A stretch of 49,278 nt of DNA from contig DXFI01000177.1 in assembly GCA_019114565.1 (NCBI GenBank), forward strand, positions 1 through 49,278, read 5' to 3'. Below the pieces are notes generated by a model. That model ran no database searches and was not told the DNA's origin. It saw nothing but the letters and a program-made list of their open reading frames with translations. The stretch comes from Candidatus Desulfovibrio intestinigallinarum (GTDB lineage: Bacteria > Desulfobacterota > Desulfovibrionia > Desulfovibrionales > Desulfovibrionaceae). This document shows, in pieces, positions 48,831 to 49,278 of this stretch (position 1 is the first letter of the stretch; each line of letters opens with the position of its first letter). Position numbers and translations under genes: made by a program.

Positions 48831-49002
48831 CGCGCCCTCCTCTGTCTCATCCCCGGACGCGCTTTCGCTGCCGGCAAAAACGCCTTTTCCCGCTGCGGCA
48901 CAGAGAGTCAGGCGACGCGACTGTGCCGCCGCTGCGGGGTGTGCGGGAGCATAAAAGTTTTCATAATATTCCTTCTGAGAGAACTTTTTCACGCTCCTGC
49001 CA

Positions 49003-49148
49003 TAAGCCTTTTCAGTCTGAAACGCTGTCGTTTCAAACCATACGGTCTGCGTTTCGCGGAAAAAACGCGTTTTTTCCGCGAAACGACAGTCCGGGCGACG
49101 TTGTGCCGACGCCTGACGTTTTATCTTTTTCAAAGCTAAAACGCTCTA
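49003..49148 (-). mobile_element. Family A element, reverse orientation, long-palindrome subtype
   Basis: TTTTCAGTCTGAAAC...AAAACGCTCTA. Confidence 0.88.
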
Positions 49149-49278
49149 GGGCTGTTAACACTATTCGTAAGTTGTTTGGGGGAAGGGAACCCCCTCTGCT
49201 AGCGCGAGAGGTGTTTCCCTTCCCCCAAGCCCCCCATCCCTTCCCCAGCGCGCTTTTTCAGAGGGGACAGAAGCGTCA
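49149..49278 (-). mobile_element. Family B element, cut by the window edge, sharing a TA with the family A end
   Basis: TA+GGGCTGTTAACACTATTCGTAAGTTGTTTGGGGG; reverse-complement match to about 12895-13005. Confidence 0.88.

Noticed and set aside
79-49278. Repeats as a CRISPR array
   Set aside because: The copies are dispersed, long and in both orientations, with no regular spacers and no cas genes.

Overview
GC-rich chromosomal window from a Desulfovibrio-like deltaproteobacterium. This is inferred from the homotrimeric porin, the Tol-Pal/TolC arrangement and the conserved hypotheticals. Most of it is core genome: porin, tRNA-Arg(TCT), hldE, AI-2E, GH3, HlyD, a Kef-like antiporter, a PmtA-like methyltransferase, OTC, radical SAM, AsmA, GGDEF, moaA, miaB, an AGCS symporter, acs, tRNA-Ser(GGA), RNase J, TolC, tolQRA-X-B-pal, a 2-hydroxyacid dehydrogenase and an amidohydrolase. 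Accessory parts are a hicAB islet behind tRNA-Arg, a MerR/MATE pair with a 19-bp-spacer promoter, and a lone dual-OB-like protein beside tRNA-Ser. The most striking signal is non-coding. About 20 copies or remnants of two TA-flanked miniature inverted-repeat families (A: TAGAGC..GCTCTA ends; B: GGGCCTGTTAACAC ends) plus a third related repeat fill the intergenic space, with no transposase in the window. They repeatedly sit on the TA of stop codons, dock onto each other, and share a 60-bp hairpin module that shows a compensatory base change. All family assignments come from motif recognition by eye, not from database searches.
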